Of a stretch of DNA of 64,000 nucleotides, positions 52,425 through 64,000 are shown one piece after another. Position 1 is the stretch's first letter. Each line of letters begins with the position of its first letter. The position numbers and the translations under genes are program-made. Origin of the DNA: Heptranchias perlo. Its lineage: Eukaryota. The notes under the pieces are model-generated. The model ran no database searches. It worked only from the letters and a program-made list of their open reading frames with translations, and had not been told where the DNA came from. The stretch spans positions 49,786,001-49,850,000 of the forward strand of contig NC_090339.1 in assembly GCF_035084215.1 (NCBI RefSeq). The letters run 5' to 3'.

Positions 52425-52560
52425 AGTTCTGATGAAAGGTCATCAACTTGAAACGTCAAACTCTGTTTCTCTCTCCACAGATGCTGCCTGATGTGCTGAG
52501 CGTTTCCAGCATTTTCTGTTTTTATTTCAGATTTCCAGCATCCACAGTATTTTGCTTTAG
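52425..52560 (+). mobile_element. Penelope-like/SINE-like 3'-end repeat with hammerhead-like core (52425-52462)
   Basis: AGTT-CTGATGA-A-AGGT-CATCA-ACTT-GAAA-CGTC-AAACT followed by the same downstream repeat as 2773-2888. Confidence 0.65.
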
Positions 52561-52729
52561 TTTTTATTTACATTGGTATTTAAACAATGGGACCACCAAT
52601 AAACGTATTAGTCTGCAAAGAACGACAGCTTGAAACATTACAAGCTGGTACCATTGTCTTTAACAGGGACTCCTTGCCTCATGTCGCACTATTGTCTCTC
52701 CTTATTACATAATTTGAGTGAGAGCCATC

Positions 52730-54060
52730 ACCCGCTTCGCTGACGTGCTTTGTTGACATTCTGTTTTAAAACATTGCTACCCAAACATTCGACATTTGTT
52801 CCGTTGCCTTGAGTTGTCAATCATAACCACAGCACGTTTTGCTTGACGAGTAAACGGTGGGGAGGGGGGAGGGTGTCCACGTAGAAAGACGCTTTAAAAA
52901 AGATGTGAGTTGCAGTGTCTTCTGGGAGCTGTAGTCCTTTGCTGCAGTCACAGTGCCGAACAGGGCGGGTTTCAGGACTACAACTCCCAGTATGCAGCGC
53001 GGCACCTCGCACGTGGCGGCGTCAGCGCCATCGCCGTGGCACTTTCCAATCGGCTGCTTTTTAAAAAAAATACAGTTGAGTAGCTGAGATTCTAATTCCA
53101 TCCAAAAATAGAATATTAACGATTAAATTAACGACGAGGAATGATTGGATCCAGTCAGTCGAAACCGATTAACGACAAAGCTGGAATGTCTGATTACGCT
53201 CCAGTGAAGCGCCCTTGGGTCGTTTTACTACGTCAAAGGCGCTCGATAAATGCAAGTCGTTGTTGTAGGGGAAGGCCCATGGTGCATTCTGGGAAGTGTA
53301 GTTCCGCCGGCGGTTAGAGTCCCGCCCGAACGCTGGGAAGAGCGGGTTCGGAAGGCCTACAATTCCCGTCATGCCTTCGCGGCCCGCTTCCATTTTCTTT
53401 CTCTTTCCCCCCCCCCATGTTACGTCAGACGGTAATGTTTACTACGCGATGAGTACACGTCAAAAGAAGCGAAACGGGTCAAAACAGAGAAAAAGGTGAA
53501 AAGGCAAAAACGGAGGGGGTGCGTGGGATTTTATTTTGTTAATTGGAAGAGGGGTCCCTTCAGATACCCGCGTCTTGAGGTGAAATCACTTCAATGAAGT
53601 TTGACGGTGGTCCCGGCGGAGGAGGAGGCTGCTGCCGCCACCACGGCCGCCACCAAGGTGTCCGAAAGGCGACTGGGAGCTCGCAGTAAAGTTGAAGGCA
53701 GAAGGTGGTCGAAGAAGGTTGGATTTTGTGGCGCTTTTCCGTCCTCGTCGTCAAGATGGTAGCTCGGAGTGGAGGCGCTTTGTGGCCGGGGACTGCAACG
53801 GGAGCCCAACCGGGACAGAGCGAGCGAGCGAGTGAGTGAGTGAGTGAGAGGAAAGAAGAACCCCTTCCATTGACCCCCACTCTTTAGGAAAGGGAACCTA
53901 CGGGCCTTGGAGATTCCGCTACTTCGAGTGGTTCCCACGGCCGTTTTACACGCCAACACTTCTTTAACGCAGATTACTGACTGATTAAGGGATTTTTGCA
54001 GATTGATATTTTTGTTGTTGTTTGTCTTCAAAGACTTTTTTTTTTGACCGTACACATTTT
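52730..54060 (+). promoter_or_regulatory. CpG island and probable FOXO4 promoter/5' leader with four ZNF143(SBS)-type motifs
   Basis: High CpG; ACTACAnnTCCC motifs at 52915-52937(-), 52975-52996(+), 53283-53305(-) and 53356-53375(+); GC box at 52963, CCAAT near 53046 and several TGACG half-sites. Confidence 0.75.
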
Positions 54061-54986
54061 CGTGTGGAAAACGTGAAGTATCTGATCTTAATCGTGCAGA
54101 AACAGGATATGAAGGTGTCAGGAATTATTTTTCACAACCGCTAAATTGTCCTTTTTACATCAAATAAAAGAAGATTCTGTATTTTACTTTTTTTTTTAAA
54201 AAAAGAAAATTGTCTGCAAACACAGCATTTTGGATATACTTATTTTTGCACGGGAAAAAAACAAAGCTTTTTGGAATTACAACGATTTTGTGAAATTTGA
54301 AGCAATTTAAAACGAAAGTTACTCCGTTGAAGCAAGTTTTTCTGTATTACTACATTGTTCTTATTGAAGATCACTATGTGAGATTGATACATTAAATAAT
54401 TAAAATCTGATTCTGCTGGCGTGTTGAGACCTTGCAGTATTATATCATTTTTTAAAAACAAAAATCAGATTCTCCATCATAGGAAAGATGTAAGGTGTTT
54501 AAAAGTAATTGTATTTTGAATACAGAGCATATGTAAATACTGGAAAGGAAGTATCAGAACATATTACAGTGGATGGCAGTTTTGCTCCTCGATGGGATTA
54601 CTTTGTCTTAATTATCTGGATCTGAAACAGACCTTAGTTTGAAATCAAAGTTATAATCACGGAAAAGTACCAGGATATTTGGGTATGTGCTTGTTATAAC
54701 CACCTTGACTTTGCAAATAACTGGGACAACACTTGGAATTTTTTCCATTTTAATAAAGATACAAATTAGTTTTTATTGAAGATGTGGAAAGATTTGAATG
54801 AATGAATGTTCCACACATCTTGTAAATGAACCAAACTCTGTTCATTGCTGGTTGATTGCTGCAGTTTAGAAACTGCATGCATTTTGTAGGGCAGGAGTCA
54901 CGGCTTTTTATTTTAAAAAAAAAAGAAAATAGCCATTCTTGTGTCTGTACTTAAGATATTTTAATTTTTAAAAACTTGGGTCAATT

Positions 54987-55409
54987 ATGGCTGAAGAAGC
55001 ATCGCAGGCTGAGATCGACCCAGACTTTGAACCACAGAGCCGCCCCAGATCCTGCACCTGGCCTTTGCCAAGACCAGATCTGACAACTGTCAAACAGGAG
55101 GACTCTGCCTCAGGAATCCCCACTGAAGAAGAAAAGCAGGATGTTTCTGATTCTAGTGCTGTAAAATCAGAGAGTGAAACTATTCTGAATGCAGAGGTTA
55201 GTTCCCAAGCTGGTGCAACGAGTGCTCAGAGGAAGAGCTCCTCTAGAAGAAATGCATGGGGCCATCAATCTTATGCAGAACTTATCACCAAAGCAATTGA
55301 GAGTTCTCCTGACAAGAGGCTCACTCTGTCTCAGATCTATGACTGGATGGTTAAATCTGTGCCTTACTTTAAGGACAAAGGAGATAGCAACAGTTCAGCT
55401 GGGTGGAAG
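54987..55409 (+). CDS. FOXO4: Forkhead box O protein (probably FOXO4), first coding exon; remainder beyond the window
   Basis: IDPDFEPQSRPRSCTWPLPRP (Akt site) and forkhead N-half RRNAWGHQSYAELI...YFKDKGDSNSSAGWK, with the conserved FOXO donor AAG|GTAAG. FOXO family membership is clear. The paralogue call rests on QSYAELI and head-to-head linkage with SNX12. Confidence 0.85.
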
Positions 55410-55512
55410 GTAAGAATTCAACTTTCGGAATGAGGAGGTGTGTTGATTTTGAATCCTCAGATTCTAGGATTTGGATCAAGAGCATAAATTAAGAATTACT
55501 GTTCCAATTTAC

Positions 55513-55735
55513 AACAGCAACAACTTGTATTTATATAGCACCTTTAACATAGTAAAACATCCCACAGGGGTGTAATAAAACAAAATTTGATAGCGAGCCA
55601 CACAAGGAGATATTAGGACAGGTGACCAAAAGCTTGGACAAAGAGGTAGGTAATACGGAGTGTTTTAAAGGAGAGAGAGAGAGAGAGAGGTTTAGGAAGG
55701 AAATTCCAGACCTTGGGGCCTAGGCAGCTGAAGGC
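55513..55735 (-). mobile_element. L2-type 3' fragment
   Basis: Reverse complement of the L2 tail (ACAACAACTTG.ATTTATATAGCACCTT) and a TAFSCLGPKVWNFLP remnant. Confidence 0.75.
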
Positions 55736-58021
55736 TGTTTTAATTACTGAAACTCTTGTTGATAAAGGATTAAATGCACTGGCATATTGTATTACAATTG
55801 AGCAGTTGTGCTTTGGTTTCTGGCCATGATTCTTGGTAGCTGTAACAGGGAGGAGAAAATCCAAAAACTGGTAACTCCAGGACACTTGCTTGGCTTGTGG
55901 CATAGTTTGAATGGTATTGGCCGAAAGTAGGACCAGATCAGTCTGTATAAATCAATGCATCACTCTATTCTCATCACCCTGTCATTAAATGTAGAGCAAT
56001 GCATAAGTGGGAATAATTACAGGGCTATGGTCTAATGGAGTGGTTTGGGTGATGTCAAACTACAAATGTAAGGCTCAAGAAGGTTACAGCAGTTGCCTGT
56101 ACATACAAAACTTAGATCAGATTCTTAATTTATAATGTACCGTTTTGATTTTGTATTTGTGCTAATAGTAGCCATTCGTGCAGACACCAATTGTCCACTT
56201 GCTCCATGTTGCCAAAAGATACTGGTCCAGAATGATCTTCGTTTTATAATAGTTTGGTAGCCTGATAATTTTAAATTAAGATTTAGACTGTTATCCATTT
56301 GATTAAGTCTTAAAAATGCCAACAAATCCTTATTGCAAAAATGCATATTTTAAAAGGAGCATCATAGGATTAAATTGTAGCTATGTTAATCTTAGATTCG
56401 GCAGCTGTAGAGTTCTGGGAGCTGTGGTGCAGCCTGTATATATTCACTGCTCCCCTTGTCTTCTCTTTGATATTTTAATTTCACATTTTCAAATAATGTA
56501 CTCTATTTTGAAGATCAGATTTATGTGTTTTCCGGAGTGCTCTATACTGAAAACGAGACCCACAGCGTCCAAATTTGGCTCATGCTGGGTCCTCTTCGAT
56601 CCCACTCAGTAGCCATTGTTGGAGTAAATGTGAGATGGTTACCTGGAACAAAATGTCACCACAACACCATTATCTGTGAGCATTGACAGGCTATTCATGG
56701 AAGAAATTGCAGTTGAGTCTGATCATGCCCTCAGTGAAGATGTGTGTTCTAAACTGGATAGACCAGTGATGAAGGATAGAATACTACAGCCTGGTCGTCA
56801 GTTGCTTCCAAATCTTTATTTACAGAGCTCCACGTCTCACACACCACACCCTAGATAAGCTCTCTTTTATATATGGATATGAGAGTCCCAATAGATACAC
56901 ACCACCTGAATACAATTAACACTAATTGATATAAATCACATGGATACAATTAACTGTGCACTTTTCAGCATCATCACTGGATACAGCTCAGGAGCAGGAA
57001 ACATTCCCATTTTTTTTCTACAAATCCTCGCTGAGTGATACTGAGGCCATTGTTGGCCTGGCTGAGATCAGCTAATTTGGGAAAGACTACGAGCGAGCTG
57101 GCTTTTCTTGGTCTAAATGCTTTACAATCGCATCACATTGTATTTTTACCCACTGAGCCATCGGGAGTAAAATATTTAAGTGACAAGTAGTTGAATTTTG
57201 TATTGATGTGTGTAATCTTTAAATTTAGAATATTGTTAGCAGTGGAATCGACTTATTAGCAATCCTACCTCGGATTAAAATTAAGCTTAGGGAATAATTT
57301 AACAATATAAAGTATTCTTATCTGGAGTGGTCAGTCAACAATGCATATGGCGAGACCCACAGGCTCTAGTCCAGCAGTAGCATCTGGCCGTGGCCAACCT
57401 GGTTGATTTAATAGCTCTTTTCAAAGGCAACAAACAGAAACCCTTTACCTTCTAATGCCTGTCCATGGAATTGGAGCATTGTATCATGAGCAGAAACCTG
57501 TACCATGCCAGTCTGTGGAAGACCCAACATGCTGCACCATCCCCAAAGTTAGGTATGTTTTGCAAATTGCTTAATTGCAAAGTGCTGGTGGAACTTCTAC
57601 GGCATTGCTCATGGTAAGTTGGAGTATATGCTGTTTTATAAGGGCAGGAATATTATACTCTATAATGTACAATGTATTATTCTGCTAAGGTGGAACTGTA
57701 TGTATCCTGACCTGTCCCTTTTAAGATCACCAGATTGAATTGCAATAAGTGGGCATAGCCTGAGGTCAATTAGAGGGTAATTGTTTTATGTAGGTTGGCA
57801 CCTGGTTGTAAATGTCTGGTACTTCCCCAAGATTAGAAAACCAGCAGGAATGACTTTTTAAAAAAAGTTGTTTTGCATCTGTAATGTAATGTCAGAAGTT
57901 TGATGGATGTTTGCTAAGATGCACAACGTTTATATGGATTTGCAGAATTTCTTTAAAAGCCCTGAATCCCTCAGGAAGCTTAATGTTCAAATGCTGTTGA
58001 AATTTGCTGACCATTATTAGT

Positions 58022-61000
58022 ATTTTTATTATTCGTTTATGGGATGTGGGCGCCGCTGGTGAGGCCAGCATTTATTGCCCATTCCTAATTGCCCTTGAAA
58101 AGGTGGTGGTGAGCCGCCTTCTTGAACCGCTGCAGTCCGTGTGGTGAAGGTTCTCCCACAGTGCTGTTGGGAAGGGAGTTCCAGGATTCTGACCCAGCGA
58201 CGATGAAGGAACGGCGATATATTTCCAAGTCAGGATGGTGTGTGTCTTGGAGGGGAACGTGCAGGTGGTCGTGTTCCCAGGTTCCTGCTGCCCTTGTCCT
58301 TCTTGGTGGTAGAGGTCACTGGTTTGGGAGGTGCTGTCGAAGAAGCCTTGGCGAGTTGCTGTTGTGCATCCTGTGGATGGTGCACACTGCAGCTACAGTG
58401 CGCCGGTGGTGGATGGTGTGCCAATCAAGCGGGCTGCTTTGTCCTGGATGGTGTCGAGCTTCTTGTTTTGTTGGAGCTGCACTCATCCAGGCAAGTGGAG
58501 AGTATTTCATCACACTCCTGACTTGTGCCTTTGTAGATGGTGGAAAGGCTTTGGTGAGTCACTTGCCACAGTATACACAGTATGCTCTTGTAGCCACAGT
58601 ATTTATGTGGCTGGTCCAGTTAAGTTTCTGGTCAATGGTGACCCCCAAGATGTTGATGGTGGGGGATTCGGCGATGGTAATGCCGTTGAATGTCAAGGGG
58701 AAGTGGTTAGACTCTTGTTGGAGATGGTCATTGCCTGGCACTTGTCTGGTGCGAATGTTACTTGCCAATTATCAGCCCAAGCCTGGATGTTGTCCAGGTC
58801 TTGCTGCACGAGGGCAAGGACTGCTTCATTATCTGAGGGGTTGCGAATGGAATTGAACACTGTGCAATTATCAGCGAACATCCCCATTTCTGACCTTAAT
58901 GATGGAGGGAAGGTCATCGATGAAGCAGCTGAAGATGGTTGGGCCTAGGACACTGCCCTGAGGAATTCCTGCAGCAATGTCCTGGGGCTGAGATGATTGG
59001 CCTCCAACAACCGCTACCATCTTCCTTTGTGCTAGGTATGACTCCAACCACTGGAGAGTTTTCCCCCTGATTCCCATTGACTTCAATTTTACTAGGGCTC
59101 CTTGGTGCCACACTCGGTCAAATGCTGCCTTGATGTCAAGGACAATCATTCTCATCTCACCTCACCTCTGGAATTGAGCTCTTTTGTCCATGTTTGGACC
59201 AAGGCTGTAATGAGGTCTGGAGCCGCGTGGTCCTGGCGGAACCCAAACTGAGCATCGGTAAGCAGGTTATTGGTGAGTAAGTGGTGCTTGATAGCACTGT
59301 TGACGACACCTTCCATCACTTTGCTGATGATTGAGAGTAGGCAGATGGGGTGGTAATTGGCCAGATTGGATTTGTCCTGCTTTTTGTGGACAGGACATAT
59401 CTGGGCAATTTTGCACACTGGTAGATGCCAGTGGTGTAGCTGTACTGGAACAGTTTGGCTAGAGGCGCGGCTAGTTCCAGAGCACAAATCTTCAACACTA
59501 CAGGCAGGGATGCTGTCGGGGCCGATAGCCTTTGCTGTATCCAGTGCGCTCAGCCGTTTCTTGATATCACATTGAGTGAATGGAATTGGCTGAAGACTGG
59601 CTTCTATGATTGCGGGGATATTGGGAGGAGGCCGAGTTGGATCATCCACTTGGCACTTCTAGCTGAAGATGGTTCAGCCTTGTCTTTTGCACTCACGTGC
59701 TGGACTCCGCCGTCATTGAGGATGGGGATGTTTACAGAGCCTCCTCCTCCAGTTAGTTGCCCACCACCATTCACGACTGGATGTGGCAGGACTGCAGAGC
59801 TTTGATCTGATCCGTTGTTTGTGGAATCGCTTAGCTCTGTCTATAGCATGTTGCTTCTGCTGTTTAGCATGCATGTAGTCCTGGGTTGTAGCTTCACCAG
59901 GTTGGCACCTCATTTTTAGGTACGCCTAGTGCTGCTCCTGGATTGCTCTTCTACACTCCTCATTGAGCCAGGTTTGATCCCCTGGCTTGTTGGTAATGGT
60001 AGAGTGAGGAATATGCCGGGCCAAGAGGTTACAGATTATGCTGGAATACAATTCTGCAGCTGCTGATGGCCCACAGCGCCTCATGGATGCCTAGTTTTGA
60101 GCTGCTAGATCTGTTCTGAATCTATCTTATTTAGCACGATGATAGTGCCACACAACACGTTGGATGGTGTCCTCAGTGTGAAGACGGGACTTTATCTCCA
60201 CGTGGACTGTGCAGTGGTCACTCCTACCACTACTGTCATGGACAGATGCATCTGCGACAGGTAGATTGATGAGGACGTGGTCAAGTCGGTTTTTCCCTCG
60301 TGTTGGTTTGCTCACCACCTGCCGCAGGCCCAGTCTGGCAGCTATGTCCTTCAGGACTCTGCCAGCTCGGTCAGTAGTAGTGCTACCGAGCCATTCTTGG
60401 TGATGGACATTGAAGTCCCCCACCCAGAGTACATTCTGTGCCCTTGCTACCCTCAGTGCTTCCTCCAGGTGGTGCTCAACATGGAGGAGGACTGATTCAT
60501 CAGCTGAGAGAGGACAATAGGTGGTAATCAGCAGGAGGTTTCCTTGCCCATGTTTGACCTGATGCCAGGGGTCCGGAGTCAATGTTGAGGACTCCCAGGG
60601 CCACTCCCTCCTGACTGTATATTACCGTACCGCCACCTCTGGTTGGTCTGTCCAGCCGGTAGGACAGGACATACCCAGGGGTGGTGATGGAAGAGTCTGG
60701 GATGTTGGCTGGAAGGTATGATTCTGTGAGTATGAGTATGGCTATGTCAGGCTGTTGCTTGACTAGTCTGTGGGACAGCTCGCCCAATTTTGGCACAAGT
60801 CCCCAGATGTTAGTGAGGAGGACTTTGCAGGGTCGACTGGGCTTGGTTTGCCTTTGTCGTATCTGGTGCCTAGTGGTTGTCTGGTTTTATTCTTATGACT
60901 TTTTTTAAGCAAAATTTTACAACTGAGTGGCTTGCTAGGCCATTTAGGAATCAACCACATTGTGGGTTTGGAGGCACATATAGGCTTGACCGGGTAAGGA

Positions 61001-61226
61001 CGGCAAGTTTCCTTCCCTAAAAGGCGCTAGTGAACTAGATGGGGTTTTTTGACAATCCGGTAGTTCCATAGCCACCATTACTGATACTAGTTTTCTTTAA
61101 TTCCAGATTTTATTTAATTAATTGAATTTGAATTCCCCAGCTGCCATGGCAGGATTTGAACCCGGATTATTCGTCCAGGTCTCTGGATTACTAGTCCAGT
61201 AACATAACCACTATGCTGCCGTACCC
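58022..61226 (-). mobile_element. Near full-length (about 3.2 kb), frameshifted family-B LINE (APE endonuclease + RT) with tRNA-like 5' head, in FOXO intron
   Basis: EN motifs ILILTES, VGDFNVHH, PTRGKNRLD and SDH; RT motifs QFGFR, LDIKAAFDRVWH, GIPQGSVLGP and FADNCT; A/B-box-like head at 61152-61220. Confidence 0.88.
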
Positions 61227-61419
61227 TATTGACTGCCTAGCCTTGACTATTGAGTTGATTTTTCAAATGTTTTAAGAATTTTTTTTTAATCTGTAAAGTG
61301 CCATTATTCACACCAGTTATCACCATAAATGGATATAGTAGCTGTGTGGCAGGATCCTAGAGACTTTAATTTTGCTTAAAATTTCCACCCCTCCCATACC
61401 TTTACATGATCCATCCCAT

Positions 61420-62380
61420 CCCTTCCTAGGGGATGGGTTTTCGACTGACATCTATTAACCCATTGACTCCCACAACCTCTGGAGTACACTTCTTCCCATT
61501 CCCTTCTCCCAGTTTCTCTGTCTCAGTTGCATCTTCCCTCATGATGCCACTTTCCACACCCAAGCTTTCAAAATGTCTTTTTTCCTCAGCTGATGATATC
61601 CTCTCCACTGTGGTAGACGGGACCCTCAAATGGGTCTGTCCCATTTCTCAGTCTTCTGCACTCAACCACCCGCCCCCCCCCCCCCCCATTCTGTTTACAA
61701 GTGAGGCCCCAAGCTCTGTGTTGCTTGCCACTTCAATTCCTTGTCCCACTCCGATTTCTCTGTCTTTGGCCTTCTACGTTTTTCTAATGATGCTCAACTC
61801 AGGCTCGAGGAACAGCACCGTATCTTTGTACTAGATACTTTGCAGCCCTCTAGCCTTAATATTGATTTTAATAACTTCAGACCTTAACCATAGCGCTCAC
61901 TTTCTCTTTGAGCTGGCAATGTGGAATGGGTGTGCCAGCCTTTCTGGTGATGGGGAGTTGGTGCTTGGGGTAGAGATGCTCCATTGGAACACCGTGCTGG
62001 CAAGGCAATCTGCACGGATGGTGTTGACCTTTTTTTCTTCCAGGCTTCTGGCTGCTGGAGTCTGCTGTGCTTTTCCAGTTTTCCGTACTTCCATTTCTAC
62101 CTGCCTCCGTCAGCTATTTACATGTTCCCTGTGGTCTTTTATTTCTTTGAATTTTTCTGTCGTTATGCCTTCAGTTGTCTCATAATATAACTTCTGCCAT
62201 TTAATTATCTCCTGCTTTCCACTTAAAGAACTATTTTTACTGTTTTTTGCCTTCCCTTTGTTCAATTCCTTTTTAAATGCTGTTCATCTGTAATGTCTTC
62301 TAGTTTTGACAAAGGATCCACAGTGTTCGCTCCACCGATGCTACCTGACCTGCTGAATGTTTCCAGCATTGTCTTTTTTT
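61420..62380 (+). mobile_element. Old degenerate Penelope-like element
   Basis: About 61715-61880 translates to ..VACHFNS...AQLRLEEQHRIFVLDTLQPSSLNIDFNNF, a PLE endonuclease C-terminal pattern. It ends in the same 3' repeat as 52460-52560 (62330-62375). Confidence 0.6.
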
Positions 62381-64000
62381 TTCCTATTGCAATGCCTGTT
62401 TTCTATATATCTAGAGCTGAGTAATTCTGGGGAGTTAGTAATAATAGAATAGCACCTATCTTGATAAGTTTAAAATTTGCACAGTTGAATTTTGATTAAG
62501 CTCTTTGACCCTGCCAGTAAATGTGTTTGGGCTGTAATAAATTCCAGATAGATAATCTCAATTGCCAAGTCTTTAATCCAGAGCTCAATTTATTCATTCA
62601 GCAATTCACTCTAACCAAATCCAGAAAATTTTGAGTAAAAACATATTTTCCCCACAAATGATAGACTTCTAAACTGCATTGCTATCTCCAGGCAAAATTT
62701 GTCAGTAAATTATGTTTACCATGCTGCACTTTTTAAAAACTGGATAAACGGGAAAATGTTGATTTCTGGAACATTATACAGTCAGTGATTGGGAACTAGA
62801 TTGGCATTGGAATTTCACAAAATAGAATTGGGACGTAGATTGGTTTCACACTGTACAGAATTCCAGTGGACCATTCCAGGTATGTTTTTGTCTGGAGTGG
62901 AATGTAGACATTTAAAAAGGCAAGGTTGCTGTGCACCTAACGGCACAGTTTTGCATGAATGCAGGAATATTGGCTGCAGTCCCACAGATGTTCTTGGATT
63001 TGTGAAATTAGAGGTTGGCTTAACTGCTATGCTCTTCTCCTTTTTTCCAAAGGTGTTTTATTTATATTCTTAAACAATAGGTTTTTGAGTTGGGGTGCAT
63101 GGACTCTAAAAGGTCCACAAGGGGATCCCAGGAAGTCCATGAGGACATCAGATTGTTGTACCTGTATGTGATTATGATGTGTACTAATTAGTAAATGCAA
63201 TCTGCAGTGATGGCAGTGTTTTCTTTTGGGTAGCTGACACTGTCTTTTGGAAGTTAGAAGTGGGGGTCAGCAGGAGTTTGTCTATTTGCAGGATGTCTTC
63301 CACGTGGAAGAGTTTGGAAATTGCTGTCTTAGACACTGTTGTTTGAACTTGTTTCGCTTCACCATATATGTTTTACTATCAAAGTATAAATTATAGCTTA
63401 GTTCTTTGTTTAGTGACTGGCATGAATGTGCACGAATGACTTGGCTGAGATTTTCTATCTCCTGGTCTCACTGTCTCTCTTCAGTTGCCTATAATGAAGT
63501 GTAATGTAATCGCAGGAAATGTACGTGCCTATGTTGCTTTTATATATTTAAATAATACACACGGACAGATTTTTGTGCTGTGACATGGTAAGAGCAGTCC
63601 TCACAAAACTGACCAAAAGTAGAACAGTTGTCAGAATGTTTTGTTGAATAGTTTGACTAATTTGATAAGTGGTATGAATGAAGGTGTGGCTCTATTGTTG
63701 AAAGTTCACTCCTGTAAAAATGTCAAATGATATCAGTTGTTTTCCAGCCTTGGTGGTTTGCCTTGGCCCTTCAGAGATTTCTCAGTAATAAAGAAAAAAT
63801 ATATAAAGAATATAGATCTATATTGTAGTGTTTTTTTACTCATTTAATTGTGAAATTAAAAATGTTTTACACCCAAAACTAAAAATCAAAAAGCTAATTG
63901 GGAGAGGTGGGAATTCTAACTAATACTACAAAAGTGACTCTGTTCACTACCCCTAGACTCTGTTCAGCCGTTGCAAGTCATAAGAAAAGTATGGGCATCA

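Noticed and set aside
53560-54055. 106-aa and 154-aa minus-strand ORFs in the CpG island
   Set aside because: Low-complexity translations typical of GC-rich leaders, with no recognised homology.
56405-56430. Fifth ZNF143-like motif
   Set aside because: Degenerate (ACCACAGCTCCCAGAACT), isolated and outside the CpG island.
58122-58948. 244-aa and 205-aa + strand ORFs
   Set aside because: Antisense frames of the family-B LINE RT region.

Overview
Repeat-rich vertebrate genomic DNA, most likely from a cartilaginous fish. That assignment is inferred from the CR1/HER1-like LINEs, a Deu-domain SINE and Penelope-like repeats. It holds parts of three genes that all map to Xq13 in human: the first coding exon of SLC16A2/MCT8 (- strand, 1646-1976), a complete 4-exon SNX12 (- strand, 18633-43928, 163 aa, all introns GT-AG) and the first coding exon of a FOXO gene, probably FOXO4 (+ strand, 54987-55409), head-to-head with SNX12. 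Most other ORF-track entries are decayed retroelements: CR1, L2, a second CR1-group LINE, Tx1/L1 and Penelope. Main observations not explained by the ORF track: (1) a roughly 300-nt CpG-rich intergenic island (48621-48919) that folds by eye into a dense series of hairpins and matches no family I recognise; (2) several minimal hammerhead-ribozyme motifs carried by Penelope-like repeats; (3) four ZNF143/THAP11-type motifs in two divergent pairs, plus candidate uORFs, in the FOXO CpG island; (4) a solo LTR with a 4-bp TSD; (5) a locally templated insertion; (6) a Tx1/L1 fragment in the SNX12 promoter. All calls were made by eye, with no database searches or folding software. Repeat boundaries are approximate unless a TSD is cited.
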